A DNA stretch of 64,000 bases from Phoronis australis (lineage: Eukaryota; Animalia; Phoronida): assembly GCA_002633005.1 (NCBI GenBank), contig NMRA01000583.1:62001-126000 (forward strand), in the 5' to 3' direction. The notes beneath the pieces were generated by a model. The model saw nothing but the letters and a program-made list of their open reading frames with translations. It was not told the DNA's origin and made no database searches. The position numbers and the translations under genes were made by a program. Below, in pieces: positions 51,566-64,000 of this stretch (its first letter is position 1; every line of letters begins with the position of its first letter).

Positions 51566-54500
51566 TTATATTATATACAGAGTGATCTGACGCCGCGCTG
51601 AACTTTTTGTGTACACTAGGTCACGTGGGGATTAGGATGACAAAACGGAGAGTATCAGGCAGGCTACGTACATAATGCGGTGAGCGAAAAGAGAAAAAAA
51701 AAATGAAGTTCGAGCTGTTATCGTCTCTTATTAAGAAGAGTACACGACGACGTTCAAATTCTTTAACGAACAACATTCGACCGGCAGTCTGCTCAGTTCA
51801 TTTCGAGAGGGTGCATTTGGTGTACTTGGACCAAGACCTAAAAAAATACACAAGCTATTTTGAACCCCCTGCTCATTATCTTCACCTTTTTATAACTCCA
51901 ATGCCATACTTACTGTATATAAGGGCCGGATCCAGGATTTTTAGTTAGTGGGGACCAGGGCAGAGTATTAGCCAAGATTTTGCCCGTCAGACATTCGCAC
52001 CCCGATCGAACTGACAAATGGAATCTGGGTGAGTTTTGGAGGAGGGGGGCATGGCCCCCTTGGCCCCCCTCTAAATCTGCCTCTGTATATAACACTGAGG
52101 CAAAATACTTGTTTCAGGTACTTTCAACCAAATAGTAGACAGAAATGTGAGGATGTTGACGTCTTTGTTTTGCGATAAGTGAAGCGTTGGAACCCTTTTC
52201 AGCAAGATTCCTTTAGGAGAAGCCCAAATATCCTTCGTAGGGAATTTTCTACTAAGCTCATAGCTGCAATCTGTTTGACACGTTTACTAAGCAGTGACCA
52301 TTTTTAGTGACGCCAACAATTGGTAGCCACCATTTCGAAATCAATAATTTTAGTATTCGTGGTGTTGATTCTCAATTTCCACAATATAACTGTTGTTGTG
52401 TAATCTGTCCTGGTAATGGAATCGCGGTTTGTGCAAGCATTACCGAATCATACGAGAACACTGAGAAATACATCAGTCTTACGGTAACAGGTGCGCTCTC
52501 ATTTTGTCGAGTTTCTTGTTCATGCACGGTCATCTAGTTTATGAAAAAGATAACCGTTGATACCCTTGTCTGACCGTTCCCAAGTGTGGCAAAAACGGGC
52601 GTCACAACTGCTACGTTATAAAATAGCTTGATAACGAGCCAGTCAGCAAAAACACAAACTCGATTATCGAACATAATGCCTTTCAGCGTTAAGTGCGTTG
52701 TTTTTGGGTTAGTACATTCACCAGAACTAAGTGGAATTGGCGGATGAGCGTGTACACTGGTTGCCCTGAAGCAACTTGATCCGCGTAACAACGTATCATA
52801 TCTTTAATTTTAATAAGTTGTTTTAAGGAAAATTGCCCCAGCGCAAGTCTGTGGACGTTAACCTGCAGACTATTGTCCAGTTAGACGTTTTGGCCCCAGG
52901 CACAACTGACACGGAGCAAACTGATCGGTGTCAAGCGTCCGTTTACACACATAACTCACTAACTGTGGCAAGAAGGAAATTGTAGGCTGGAGAGTGGATC
53001 ACACATGCGCAGGTTTGCAAATGGCGTGAGTTGAAGAGACAGAGAACCATTACGTACACAAGCGCAGTAGAGATGATCCTTTCCGCCTTGCCCCAGTTTG
53101 GCGTTTAAACACAATTGACACGGAGCAAGATGTTCTAGCGCAAATCGCTCTACCTCACAAACGGGTGGCAAAAGTTGTCACCGTGGCGGTGTCAATTTAC
53201 TCCCTTTCGTCCTGTTTACACACATATTTTCCGCGCTGGAACAACTCGATCCGTGTCAGCTCAGTGCCTCCGTGTCAACTTTTGTTTGGTAAACGGCGGC
53301 ACTTATGCAGACAAGGCGAAAGTATAACTAGAGGTATGGGCTTACTCTCAGCTGGGCCGGGTTGCGCCACATTTGTCGCATGGTGTAGGGTGCATAGTGA
53401 GGACGCTCCGCTAAACTGGGGCACATACAGCTCTAGAACAAGTCAAAAGATAACTCGTTGAGTCGACGTGACTAAAATCTACAGCTATCATAACACGATG
53501 AGTCGAAATCTGTGCCGATGCATGTACCCGACCAAGTATGCGACCTCTAGCCATATATACCAGTGTTCATAACTATTTGGTCGTAAATATTGGGAAAGCG
53601 CGGGATCATTTGTTCAGAATACCATGATTCTCAGAGCATACGCACGCTCTTTCTGACGCCACAATGTGACCCCTAACGCAGGATTTAACTCATTAAAAAA
53701 TAACGAGGTCCAAATTTGCTGTCAAAACACGTGTTACACGTGATGCATATTTTAAAGTGTTCGTTTTGTGTTAACTTTAAACGCTGCGAGAGAATTCATG
53801 ATTCGAATTAAACTAAATAAATGTCACCGAATAAGAGCATTTCAGTCCTCATGATTGGCATGTGCGAGCCTCTCTCTCGACCAGACACGATAATCAATTG
53901 AAAATATTTTGCTTTGCATTTAAGACTCTATGGCAGGGAATAACATATACATTTATTTCTGTGATAAGTGTGTCGAATATTTATCTAGGAAACCTTGTCC
54001 CTTTCCTGCTCACACAGGGACGAATTTACGCAACAATGGGGGTTACATCATACCGACCCAAGTTGTTTATTCAGGCATTAAAAGGGTCCCTTGAGATCAA
54101 AAGCAGCTGCTTCAAGGGTCGCGCTCGAGAGAGCGAGGTATGCCCGTTATAAACATTGTGAATAGAAGAAGCTATTAATTTCTTTACAGCTACTCTAATT
54201 TGTAGCTGTTTTGGCCGCTGTTGAGAAGTTTAGTATCGGCAAATTAATCCCTCATTCGCCTCGAGTGACTTTAAAATATATCGCCACATAAAAGACAACT
54301 TACTAAAGGTTTTTGAAAATCGATTAATTTAAATGACTCGGCCTTATCAAAACATTGAATAAACACTGGTAGCGGACGTGGCTCTTTCGTTAATGTTTAC
54401 TCTAGGCATATACTAGGCAACAACGTCGGCAAAGGTACGTCACGGCTTTATTTGGCGATGAGAGGCTATTTTGTAACGAACAATTCTTCTATGTAGAGGG

Positions 54501-55039
54501 TACAAAACACTCTTTTGTCGGGGAAGGTTAAAATTGTCGCTTATTTCCTCGGGTGAATAGCAAGTGGCTATCGGGACTATCACGATGGGTTAACGTTAAG
54601 GGTAATTATCAAGAATTGCACAGCGTGATTTCGAGCGACGACAAATATTAACTCTTGTAACCGTGTACATAGTAACATCGACGAAGTGTTTTATTATTCA
54701 TGGTTTTACCAGGTCTACTCAGTCAGCCGAGATCAAGGACTACTGTACGTGAGCTGCGTAGCACGAACTACGGTAAATAGTTTCCCATAATCCTAGTTGC
54801 GACTGTGTTTATCAACGAATTCATGCAAACTGAACGGGCATCAACTTTGTCGGACGAGGATTAGTGTTGTAGTTGATAGTTACTACGTTAGTGTCACGAT
54901 TCTTTGGATACATAATCCGAGACCTAGACCTCACGACTCAGTGTGTCAGTCAGGACATTGTGCATTACGTTCAGGAGGGATATGCACTGAGTTACGGAAA
55001 GAACAGGGAATTTTGTCAGTTCAGTCGCATTTGACGAGC

Positions 55040-56425
55040 ATGGATCTGCGAGGTCGTGAGAAAGTTCTGTCGCTTCACGGTGCAATTTTAGGCGGATTCT
55101 TTCAGCAGGTGAGATTTCTCATTGAGCTCGGCACGGATGTTGACTCGCGTGATCAAAAGGGCAGAACATGTCTGATGTTGTGCAGTTTGATCGAGGACGA
55201 AAGTTGGGGTGTAGGGTTGGCGATGATGTTCATTGAAAAAGGAGCCAAAACATATCTGCGAGACAAAGCGGGTATGAATGCATTTCATTACGCGTGCTTA
55301 TATCAGAGGCCCGATGTAATTAACACGCTGTTGTCGGCGGCAGATTTTGACTTGGCCCAGCCGGACAAATTTGGCAACACGGGACTGCATTATCTGGTCT
55401 CAATGAACGATGTAGAATTGACTAAAACAGTCATCAACGCGTTTAACAAATACAGAATAAGCGTCGATAAACCTAACGTGAATGGTATAACGCCATTGAT
55501 TCAAGCCTGGATGTCTGACAGTTTTGAATGTGCCCGACTCTTGATATCTCTTGGCCATGCCGACCAAGACAGGACAGACACGGTTTATGGTAAATCAGCT
55601 CGTGAGTGGGAACTGGAAGCCTTAAGGAGAATCCAGAACATAGAGGAGACACGGGCTAGAGAGGCCCGTCAAACGGTGCATCAGAGATTAGTCAGAATAT
55701 CGTCTGCACCCACGAGGCGGCGCACAAAATCTAACTTAGAAAACAAAATACTACAAGCTAAAATTCCTACAAAGCAAGACTGTCTTATACGAAGTGCAAG
55801 TGTTAGTGACATACGAAACAATCCGCAATATGTATTCAAGGTTTCACCGTCTGATTTTTTTGAAAAACAAAGTATTAGTTTCCACGTGGCGAGATCTAGT
55901 CAGCGACCAAAGTCAAGCGATTATCAACGAATACTTGACCGAAGAAACCAAAACAAAAGCTGGAGGCCCGAATTTAAATTTCTTTTCCACGAATTCGAGT
56001 ATCAATGTTCACCCGCTTACGTAGAAAGTGCTAAACCAGCCCCGCCAGAGATCGCAGTGAGTGACATCACTCCGACACCGTCCGAATATGGCGGTGATAA
56101 TGAACGATCTCTGTCTCGTGTCAAAGAACATCACAAGGAAAAGCCATCTCGAAAAATAAGCTCGTCACGAGAGCCTGGAAAACTGGGAAGGAGTGCCACG
56201 AAAAATGATGTTTTTAAGTCAACGAGAAGGCTCAGTATCTCGCCGTCCGCGACACCGTCCGGTCTAGAACCTGTCGTTAAAGCGGTTGCAAAGAAAAAGT
56301 CTAAAAACAGCACCTCCTCAGAAGGCGGCAGAGACGACGGCTTGGAGGACGATATGATCGAAACAAACGAACCGAAAGGCTTACCACCTCGACCAGTCAG
56401 CCGAGTTGCAATGCATAAAAGCTAG
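55040..56425 (+). CDS. Intronless ankyrin-repeat protein (ANKRD63/ANKRD34-like), about 461 aa, with a basic Ser-rich disordered tail
   Basis: ORF 54797-56425 with first ATG at 55040; ankyrin motifs GRTCLM, GMNAFHYA, GNTGLHY, GITPLIQA. VINAFNKYRISVDKPNVNG resembles ANKRD63. Confidence 0.85.
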   Translation: MDLRGREKVLSLHGAILGGFFQQVRFLIELGTDVDSRDQKGRTCLMLCSLIEDESWGVGLAMMFIEKGAKTYLRDKAGMNAFHYACLYQRPDVINTLLSAADFDLAQPDKFGNTGLHYLVSMNDVELTKTVINAFNKYRISVDKPNVNGITPLIQAWMSDSFECARLLISLGHADQDRTDTVYGKSAREWELEALRRIQNIEETRAREARQTVHQRLVRISSAPTRRRTKSNLENKILQAKIPTKQDCLIRSASVSDIRNNPQYVFKVSPSDFFEKQSISFHVARSSQRPKSSDYQRILDRRNQNKSWRPEFKFLFHEFEYQCSPAYVESAKPAPPEIAVSDITPTPSEYGGDNERSLSRVKEHHKEKPSRKISSSREPGKLGRSATKNDVFKSTRRLSISPSATPSGLEPVVKAVAKKKSKNSTSSEGGRDDGLEDDMIETNEPKGLPPRPVSRVAMHKS

Positions 56426-59274
56426 CAGACGGCTTGATTTTGAAATAGTGTGGCACATTGGAAGTTAACGACCACGGCAAATTTTCTCATTATAACATTG
56501 ACTGTACGGTTTTAGTGATTGTACGAAATGTCATCATTTTCTAACTTATTCACTGGTTCACAACTTGTTTAATACGTACATAGTCTTTTTGCAAGGTTTT
56601 ACATTGGTCTGATTTCTGCAGTACACATTATACTGCATACGAAGTTTCTACACTAGGAATACATTTTTGTTGCTCTGAGTATTTTACTTGTAGATTTTTT
56701 TTTGGAAAACGACCACATGCAGCCTTCAAATTCATTGCCTGTAAACAGCCGTAACATAATGAACAGAGAACAACGTGGCGAAAGAGACTTTTTTCAGGCC
56801 ATTTTACTACAACTCGTCCAACTCTGATACTTGCTTGATGAAATTCCTTCCTACATACTTGACGTAACAGAATACTACATCAATCTGTAACCGACGCTCA
56901 CCGAACAAAATTCTAGTCTTTGACAAGCACGATGCGATTGCTATGATTCTATGAAATAACCGAGTTAATGTCCCTAGGCGTTAGACTAGCGGTATAACGG
57001 GATTGTTTAATTAAAATTGCGTTCCACACTACAAAATAAGAGTATGCGACGCAACTACATCGAGGTTGAACAAAATGCCCTTCTGGGCACATCTTCATTA
57101 AAACTCACGGCTGGATCATCCGTTTGGCTGCGTTTCGTGATTTCTCGTTTTCCATGAGTTATATTTTTCACAAACCGCGCCGGGACTTTGATTGTCGCCA
57201 AGCATAATGGAATGCCTGACTCTGGGTACACCTCGAACAGTGAGGAAATTTTGGTCATCTTACGACATTAAATTTTAGCCCTTTTCATTATCCACTAGGG
57301 GAAACTTTGAAAACGGAACTCTTCCTTACCGATACACGTCCCGTTCTTATGTATCCAATGAAAACGGCAGTCCTAACGCAACTTTTCGAAAGCATTTTGT
57401 CAATTGGAATGTTTAAACGCCCTCGCCTCTATAATGACGCTTACGATAAAAACGAAACAGTTCAAGAACGTCGACGTCAGGATTTTAAATGAAGGCCCAT
57501 TAAATTGTCTACTAACCGTTTTCAATCGTATGGCGTTTTCACGCTATTGGAAAAACAAAACGAAAAGGCTACCAGCTGACGGAAAACTCCATGACTAAAA
57601 ACAATCTAAAGAAAAAGGTTCGTTTTTAACTGAAAACGCTATAGTACGATCAGAATGTGAAGACAGGCCTGTAGGAAAACAAAAAAATATATATTTTGGT
57701 AACACTTTAGTTCAATAGTATACAGAAGATGACATACATGAACAGCCCATAAATCGACTTGACATTATATCTGAGCAACAGATAAACGTTACGGAATTAA
57801 TGCAAACTATGCCTGGATACATACATGCATAGACAACACGTGTACGCACGCCACATGTATTTACATACTCAGATATATAATCTGATACTATTCATGATAG
57901 TGTGGTATGAATTGCAGTTAAAATGCACTTTGGTATAGAGATAACCTAGTGTGGAAAACGTCGACAACTTGAATAAGAGTAATTGGCGTGCGTCAGTCGA
58001 CAAGTCATGACAACCAAATTTTAGGAAGTTATATTTATCAATCTGCCTTGGAATTCTACAATGCCGTCGACAGCTTCTCGATCGCGCAAATTACTTTTTA
58101 CAGTGGGCTAGAAATAGGCGAAGTCCAGTTTTGACAGATGCACAAAGGGGAGATATATTTGGAAAATTGTGCTTGATTTTATCACATTTTAGCAGCATTT
58201 CTGGTCTTAATCTGTTCAGTCATATTTCCTTTGTACCAGGATATATGACGAGTTAGATGTATGATATTATTCTGTTCCTAAAAGTATTGACGAAAATTAG
58301 ACTTCAATGATGAAATCGAATTTATTTACTATTTAAGTCTGTCGGAAGGGTGTTCGGTGAAATTAGAGTGGATTTACGTATGGTTCGACCATAAGACAGT
58401 GGAACCGAGAAAGATATGGTGGAACGTAGACGTAGTCTTGTACAGTGCCGGTGATAACTGTCGAAAAAATAGTGGATGTATGATTCACTTATAGTTTAGA
58501 ACTTTATATGTGTAAACTACTGAATGAAATTTTTTCCGCAGTGACAGTTCGGTCTAATTGTCTGGAACATTTTATGACATTAGAATGATTATTACAGCCT
58601 GATATTGTAATCTGTCCGATTGCCTGAGGGAGGGGTCCGAATAAACTCTGTTTCACAATAATCTACCACATCAAGTCCCCAGATAGTCTCCCTTGTCGGA
58701 TCGTCCCTATCTTCCTATATCGCCACCTTTTCATCACCGTGCACTCGCCTACTCCCCGTCGTCGGCAATTTCTCTCCAGTCTCATAGACTTGTGTAAGCT
58801 TTTCAGTTTGAGGTACAAACTAATTACTATATAGATTTGCACAGCAGCCTTTTTTAAAGTTGCGCTAAATGTCAATTTTGCGCTTAATTAGTTCAGATAG
58901 GTAACGCGTCTTGTGGACTTTGCTGTTGGGAATCCAATGTTTTGCATTTTGCAAAAGTTCATTGGTAATACAAAAAAAATATGCAATTGTTTATGTAACC
59001 CCAAAAAACCCCCAGAGGGCGTGCCCATCTGCATACTAATTCAGCGGAGTGAATATTGTACTTATACAGACAAATACAAAAACACTTAAAATACTTCATT
59101 AAATAGATTCTGTTGACCCGTAGAGTTCATGTAAGCCAAAATTTCGACTATCATTGCCAAAAATTTGAAGATACCAATTTTCAGTGTGGTATGTTATATA
59201 AAATCGCTTGTTTTAACTGTACGAAAACATTCATTGGAAAAACGGACCACAGTTTTACATACTGAAGAACCTAG

Positions 59275-59640
59275 TGTTACCGATCATGTGTAAGTTAACA
59301 ACCACGTAACAGCCTGGGATAACATCAACATTAGAGACTCAGAGACTAATGTTAAGAAACGTGCACTAAAAGAAACGATTACCATCAGAAAAACTGCGCC
59401 CAGTATGAACTGCGACGGTGGAAATTTTACACTGTGTCACTTCTACGATAGACTCCTAGCGATAGATATTGGTACTACACAAACTCGCCAAAGACGATAC
59501 TGCAGAGACCTATCGTCTTTGCATACGGTCTCTTGTCCTCACCGCAACATGACGCGCCATCAGTCGAATTTATTGTAATCAGGCGAAATCAGATTCGGCG
59601 AAACTGTCAAAGTACCTTCAAAATTTTTGGCCGTGATAGT
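59275..59640 (+). mobile_element. Penelope-like retroelement 3' remnant (GIY-YIG endonuclease tail)
   Basis: Manual translation VTDHV../NNHVTAWDNINIRDSETNVKKRALKETITIRKTAPSMNCDGGNFTLCHFYDRLL matches the Penelope pattern NHxxxWD...KEAIxI...MNRDxG. Confidence 0.75.
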
Positions 59641-60538
59641 AGAAAATTATTAGTTACTTAAAATACTTGTGTTAACTCATGTACACACACCTGAATCACA
59701 ACTTGCTTCCCAATTCACTGAAACAACGATTTCTTACAAAATTACCTTATGCCATGATTGTTAAAAAATCACCTAAACATTTCAATCAATTTCCTTGGGC
59801 TTTACCTACATACTCAATTAACTTAAAAAACAATGAACCCTTGCAGATTGCTATAAGTTCGTCTTGTCTATGTTTAGCCGTCACATGTGAATGTATGTCA
59901 CAACTTAATAGAAACCACCCAAAACAGTTATGTAACACCAGTGTATAGAGAGAGCAATTAAGTGAAACAGAAATTGTCTTAATTCTGGAATAAGGAGTTG
60001 TTTTTTTAAAACCAGAAAAACAACAAAAAGATATGTTCTCATTTAAAAACATTTACTGCTTTCATATTTTATCACTGGGATCATTTATTGATGTAACATC
60101 CTGTTTAGAGTTAAGTTTCACCGAACTCCTTAAAACCAGTTCCAGTGGGTCTAAGACCACGGTTCAGGCCTTTGTAGCTACTGCAAAAATAAAGAAAATG
60201 GAGTGGGTCGGGTTTGGAGGCAGTTTTGCGGACAAAGTGGTGAGTGGTTGTCACGAATGGTATTCAGTCGTTCCTTACAATATAACATGTTTACATACCA
60301 TTTCTTTCTATCTTGAGGAATAAATGTTCGGTTTAAATTGAAGTGCAATAAATCCAGAGATTGGTGCCACAGTGCTCTGTGAGTATCCTCATGCTTGGAA
60401 ATGGCAGTCTGGCAGGTTCGCTCTGGTGGCTGTGGTCTGGGGAGCAAAGAGAACGACACTCAGACCAACTTTTCTGGTAACCACTTAAAACTGTCTTCAA
60501 TACCTACTACGTAATCCACTGTATCAAAATTGGTCACT

Positions 60539-62147
60539 GCCAGACAATTTCAGTGGTGGGGAGTATCAGCCAGACGGTTATAAACAAGGTTAAAAAATTG
60601 AGCTAGATCAATCCAAGAGGTAACCGCATGAAACTAGTCGCAAAATATTCAGCCTTGTAGAAAGTCTCGATCTGTCATAGGTTCTGTCAGGAACAGTTCA
60701 GTTTTTTCAACAAAGCGGGCTTTTCGGTTTTGACGAGCGCTCCATCGCAGTGAGCAAGTGATAATGATTAGGTGTAACTGGATGTGAGTGAGAAGTTTTC
60801 GAAGGTCAAAGTCTGTCCTCTCTGCTGCTACAGCTACGATTATGCGAATGAAAAAATCTCTGAGACTCTCTGCGGTTGTCTTGTTTCTCTGTGGGGCCGA
60901 TGTCTTGGTTTTCTTCTTCACGCTATCAGCAGCGAAATTTTGAACAGCTGTACGTTTCACTGGACACAAAAAACATATTGCTGTCGTTCTCCCATCCATT
61001 TTGGGATTTTTCTCTCGCATCATGGCCTCAGACTAGCGCGTTAATTAGGTAATCTTCCGTTGCTTGGGATGCTGCTTGGCCAGTTGCGATATTTACCAGA
61101 CCAGGTAAACAGATTGCTCAAATTGTTGATTTTCACACTGAGTGATGCCATTTGTTCCTTATCTTTTGTGATTCTTGATGGACTGCACCGACTCTGCATT
61201 CTCCCCGATTTCAAGTCTTCCAAATGTTCTATGTTCAGTTACAGCCATTGCGCTTTATGTCATAGAGAGGGACCATCGACGCATTGTGGAAAGCCAGTAT
61301 CCGCCTCATGCTAGATGCTGCGTCTCGGTGAACGGGCTGTTCCAAAGAGAGGTCAACAGCCGATCTACTGAAGTTATTCCTCGTACGTAGGCCAACGTAG
61401 CACAGAAAACGCCCCGTTTTCCATTTCTTCACGTAATATTGGGTCTGCAAATTTCAACTTTTGGTAAAACAATGTTCCCGATTTGGCGTAGTTTGAGCTG
61501 CCCAGGGCAAAGAATACATGTTGATGCAAGCACTTACGCAAAGTCTGCAGTTTATGAGAAAGATGTAGATTGCTCAAAACTGAGCAGTTTTGCCAAATTT
61601 GCCATTACTGTGTGAAAGAAATCTTCATACTTCTGGAGATGCTGAGTGATCACAGGATCATCAATGTTTGCTTCTAATTATTCTGGATCTGAAGGGACTG
61701 CTGTCATCACGGTTTGGAGTCAATGGCTTTACTGAAAATCGAAGGTCCTGCCTCCTCAATTTTTTGCTTATTCAGCGTAAGTGGGCTTATAACTGAATTT
61801 TGTTTCGATTCTTTGTAACTTGTCTGGCGGGTTCACCTCACCGCTGAAATTGTCTGGCGTCTTACTGTTGTGCCATGTGCAGTGATGCTGAACATCGTGC
61901 AATTAGTTTCATACTGGTACCTAGTGGTTTGATCTAGCTCAGCTCAGGTATCTGGGCGTGTCTTGCGGGACTAACCCACCACCAGACTTGTCTGACGGAG
62001 TCTATTCCTCAGTGATACCTGGGCTTACGGTGAACACTTTGCAACTGGTTTTATGCAATTACCTCATGGGGTGACCGAGCTCAATTTTTAACCCTTTTTG
62101 ATAATCGTCTGGCAGAGGCATCCCACAGTACTGAAACTGTCTGGCAT
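60539..62147 (-). mobile_element. Degenerate Academ-like DNA transposon remnant
   Basis: Frameshifted fragments FFALGSSNYAKSGTLFYQ, FSRSAVDLSLEQPVHRDA and RDFFIRIIVAVAAERTDFDLRKLL; inverted repeats at 60539-60604 and 62078-62147. Confidence 0.6.
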
Positions 62148-62519
62148 CTAACTGTTGTGCAATGGCAGTGATGCCGAACATCGTGGCGACTTCGTGGCGA
62201 CTAGAGATTTTTCCAGATCGCCAAAAACAACCCGAGGTCTCAAAGGCGACGACCTGCAGGTCGCCAAATCAAGCGCTGTATTTATTGTGAGGCAACTGTG
62301 GCCCGTTCTCACCATTGGATAAACCGTCACCTTTTTGAAGACTCGATACGTTTTCCGCTTTTCTCGGCTTCAGCAAATCGACTTAATTTGATTTTAGAAA
62401 CACGAAATCTTCACTGAAACTTTCCAATTTTAATATTTATTTGTCAGTCTCAAACACACTGTTGTGACTTTTCGAAAGTCCTAGTTTTATTGAACAGTGC
62501 CACAGACGAATACGACCAC

Positions 62520-64000
62520 TTTCTTTTGCAAGAAAATGCCTCACGTTTTGCTAATTTGGTTCCCAACAGCGTTTTTTGAGAGGTATGGGCAAGGTTTCAT
62601 TAAAATCGACTGAAGGGTATTTGTGCTATGACCTTACCTTTGTTAAAATAGAATTTGAATAAAAACTAGTGGCCACGTTATAGTAACAATGACAAGCACG
62701 CATAAAGTATATTTTTATAATTCTTGCCGAGATTGGTACGACACGCGGCTTGACTCAAAACCCTGCTGTCTGATGGTTCGGTAGTTGACCCAATTATGTT
62801 GCACACCCAGTAGAATTAATGTGGAAACATTAAACAAACGTTTTATGTTGTACAAGTTGCATTTCTTGTCCAATTTTTGAAATTCTAAAACCTAATCAAG
62901 TGCGCTTTTGACGAAGTATTCAAAAAATTGCTATTTTTCAAACTTTCAAAACGAAAATTTAAAAATACTTTTGTCACCCCCAATGATGGTCTCACTAATT
63001 AGAGAACGAGAACATCAAAAGCCTGATGCGAGTTAATTAACCACAAAAGCATGGTTTCATTAGTCGAAACCGGCAGATTATGTGGTTCGCAAACCGGTCG
63101 AGTTGTCCAATCTCGACCGTTTAGGATGGCAACGTCGGATTCTTTTCATGTCTTATTGTTATTCGTTCAAAAAATAAATGCTGTTTGACACAGCCCATTT
63201 TTTTGTCAAATTGACTATGAATTACCGTTCACCAATAAGGTCTTGCGTAACCGTAAGACTTAACCGTAACAATTTAGGGACAAGTGTGTCTACATCTTTA
63301 GTTTAGTGACAGAAAACTAAACTCGTTTTAAAGGCGAAGACAACCTTTTTCCATGTCATTTTGAGCTAAAATAAGGTTGGTTGGTTATCCTAGACATATT
63401 TTTCACTTAATTACAGCTTTTCGTAATTTTATTAATTATTCGTCCGCTTTTCCGGAAGTGACGTTTTAGGAGGCAAGCGCTTCCCGCCAATTTCTTTTNT
63501 TCTTTTGCAAGAAAATGCCTCACGTTTTGCTAATTTGGTTCCCAACAGCGTTTTTTGAGAGGTATGGGCAAGGTTTCATTAAAATCGACTGAAGGGTATT
63601 TGTGCTATGACCTTACCTTTGTTAAAATGAAATTTGAATTAAAACTAGTGGCCACGTTATAGTAACAATGACAAGCACGCATAAAGTATATTTTTATAAC
63701 TCTTGCCAAGATTGGTACGACACGCGGCTTGCCTCAAAACCCTGCTGTCTGATGGTTCGGTAATTGACCCAATTATGTTGTACACCCAGTAGAATTAATG
63801 TGAAAGCAATAAACAAAGGTTTTATGTTGTAAAAGTCGCATTTCTTGTCCAATTTTCGAAATTCTAAAACCTAATCAAGTGTGCTTTTGACGAATTATTC
63901 AAAAATGCTATTTTTCAAACTTTCAAAACGAAAATTTAAAAAATACTTTTGTCACCCCCAATGATGGTCTCATTAATTAGAGAACGAGAACATCAAAAGC
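62520..64000. repeat. Near-identical duplication of about 500 bp (62520-63021 versus 63500-64000) starting exactly at N 63499
   Basis: Direct comparison shows scattered SNPs and small indels. Confidence 0.9.
63452..63490. promoter_or_regulatory. ETS-CRE composite (CCGGAAGTGACGT) plus E2F site (TTCCCGCCAA)
   Basis: Exact consensus motifs within 40 bp. Confidence 0.55.

Noticed and set aside
54797-55039. N-terminal extension of the ankyrin ORF
   Set aside because: Begins at TTG with non-protein-like sequence; the first ATG is at 55040, just before the ankyrin homology.

Overview
Eukaryotic, intron-rich, AT-rich genomic DNA from an invertebrate metazoan, with two single-N assembly joins (20525, 63499). 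There are three protein-coding genes. (1) Transportin/karyopherin-beta2 (TNPO1/2 pro-orthologue) on the minus strand, 653-31919: 19 coding exons traced, and one exon of about 134 nt appears lost in the 20525 gap. (2) FBXW9 on the plus strand, 37728-44833, with 8 coding exons, head-to-head with transportin. (3) An ANKRD63/34-like ankyrin protein with an intronless CDS, 55040-56425. Not visible in the ORF track, the transportin introns carry a cluster of box C/D snoRNAs (three SNORD81-like and one SNORD26-like) that guide two adjacent 28S rRNA adenosines. The first coding intron of transportin looks like a U12-type (minor spliceosome) GT-AG intron. The remainder is a dense mix of MITEs and foldback elements, a multi-level transposon nest containing a gag hairpin, and Penelope and Academ-like remnants. 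All family assignments come from recalled sequence knowledge; no searches were run.
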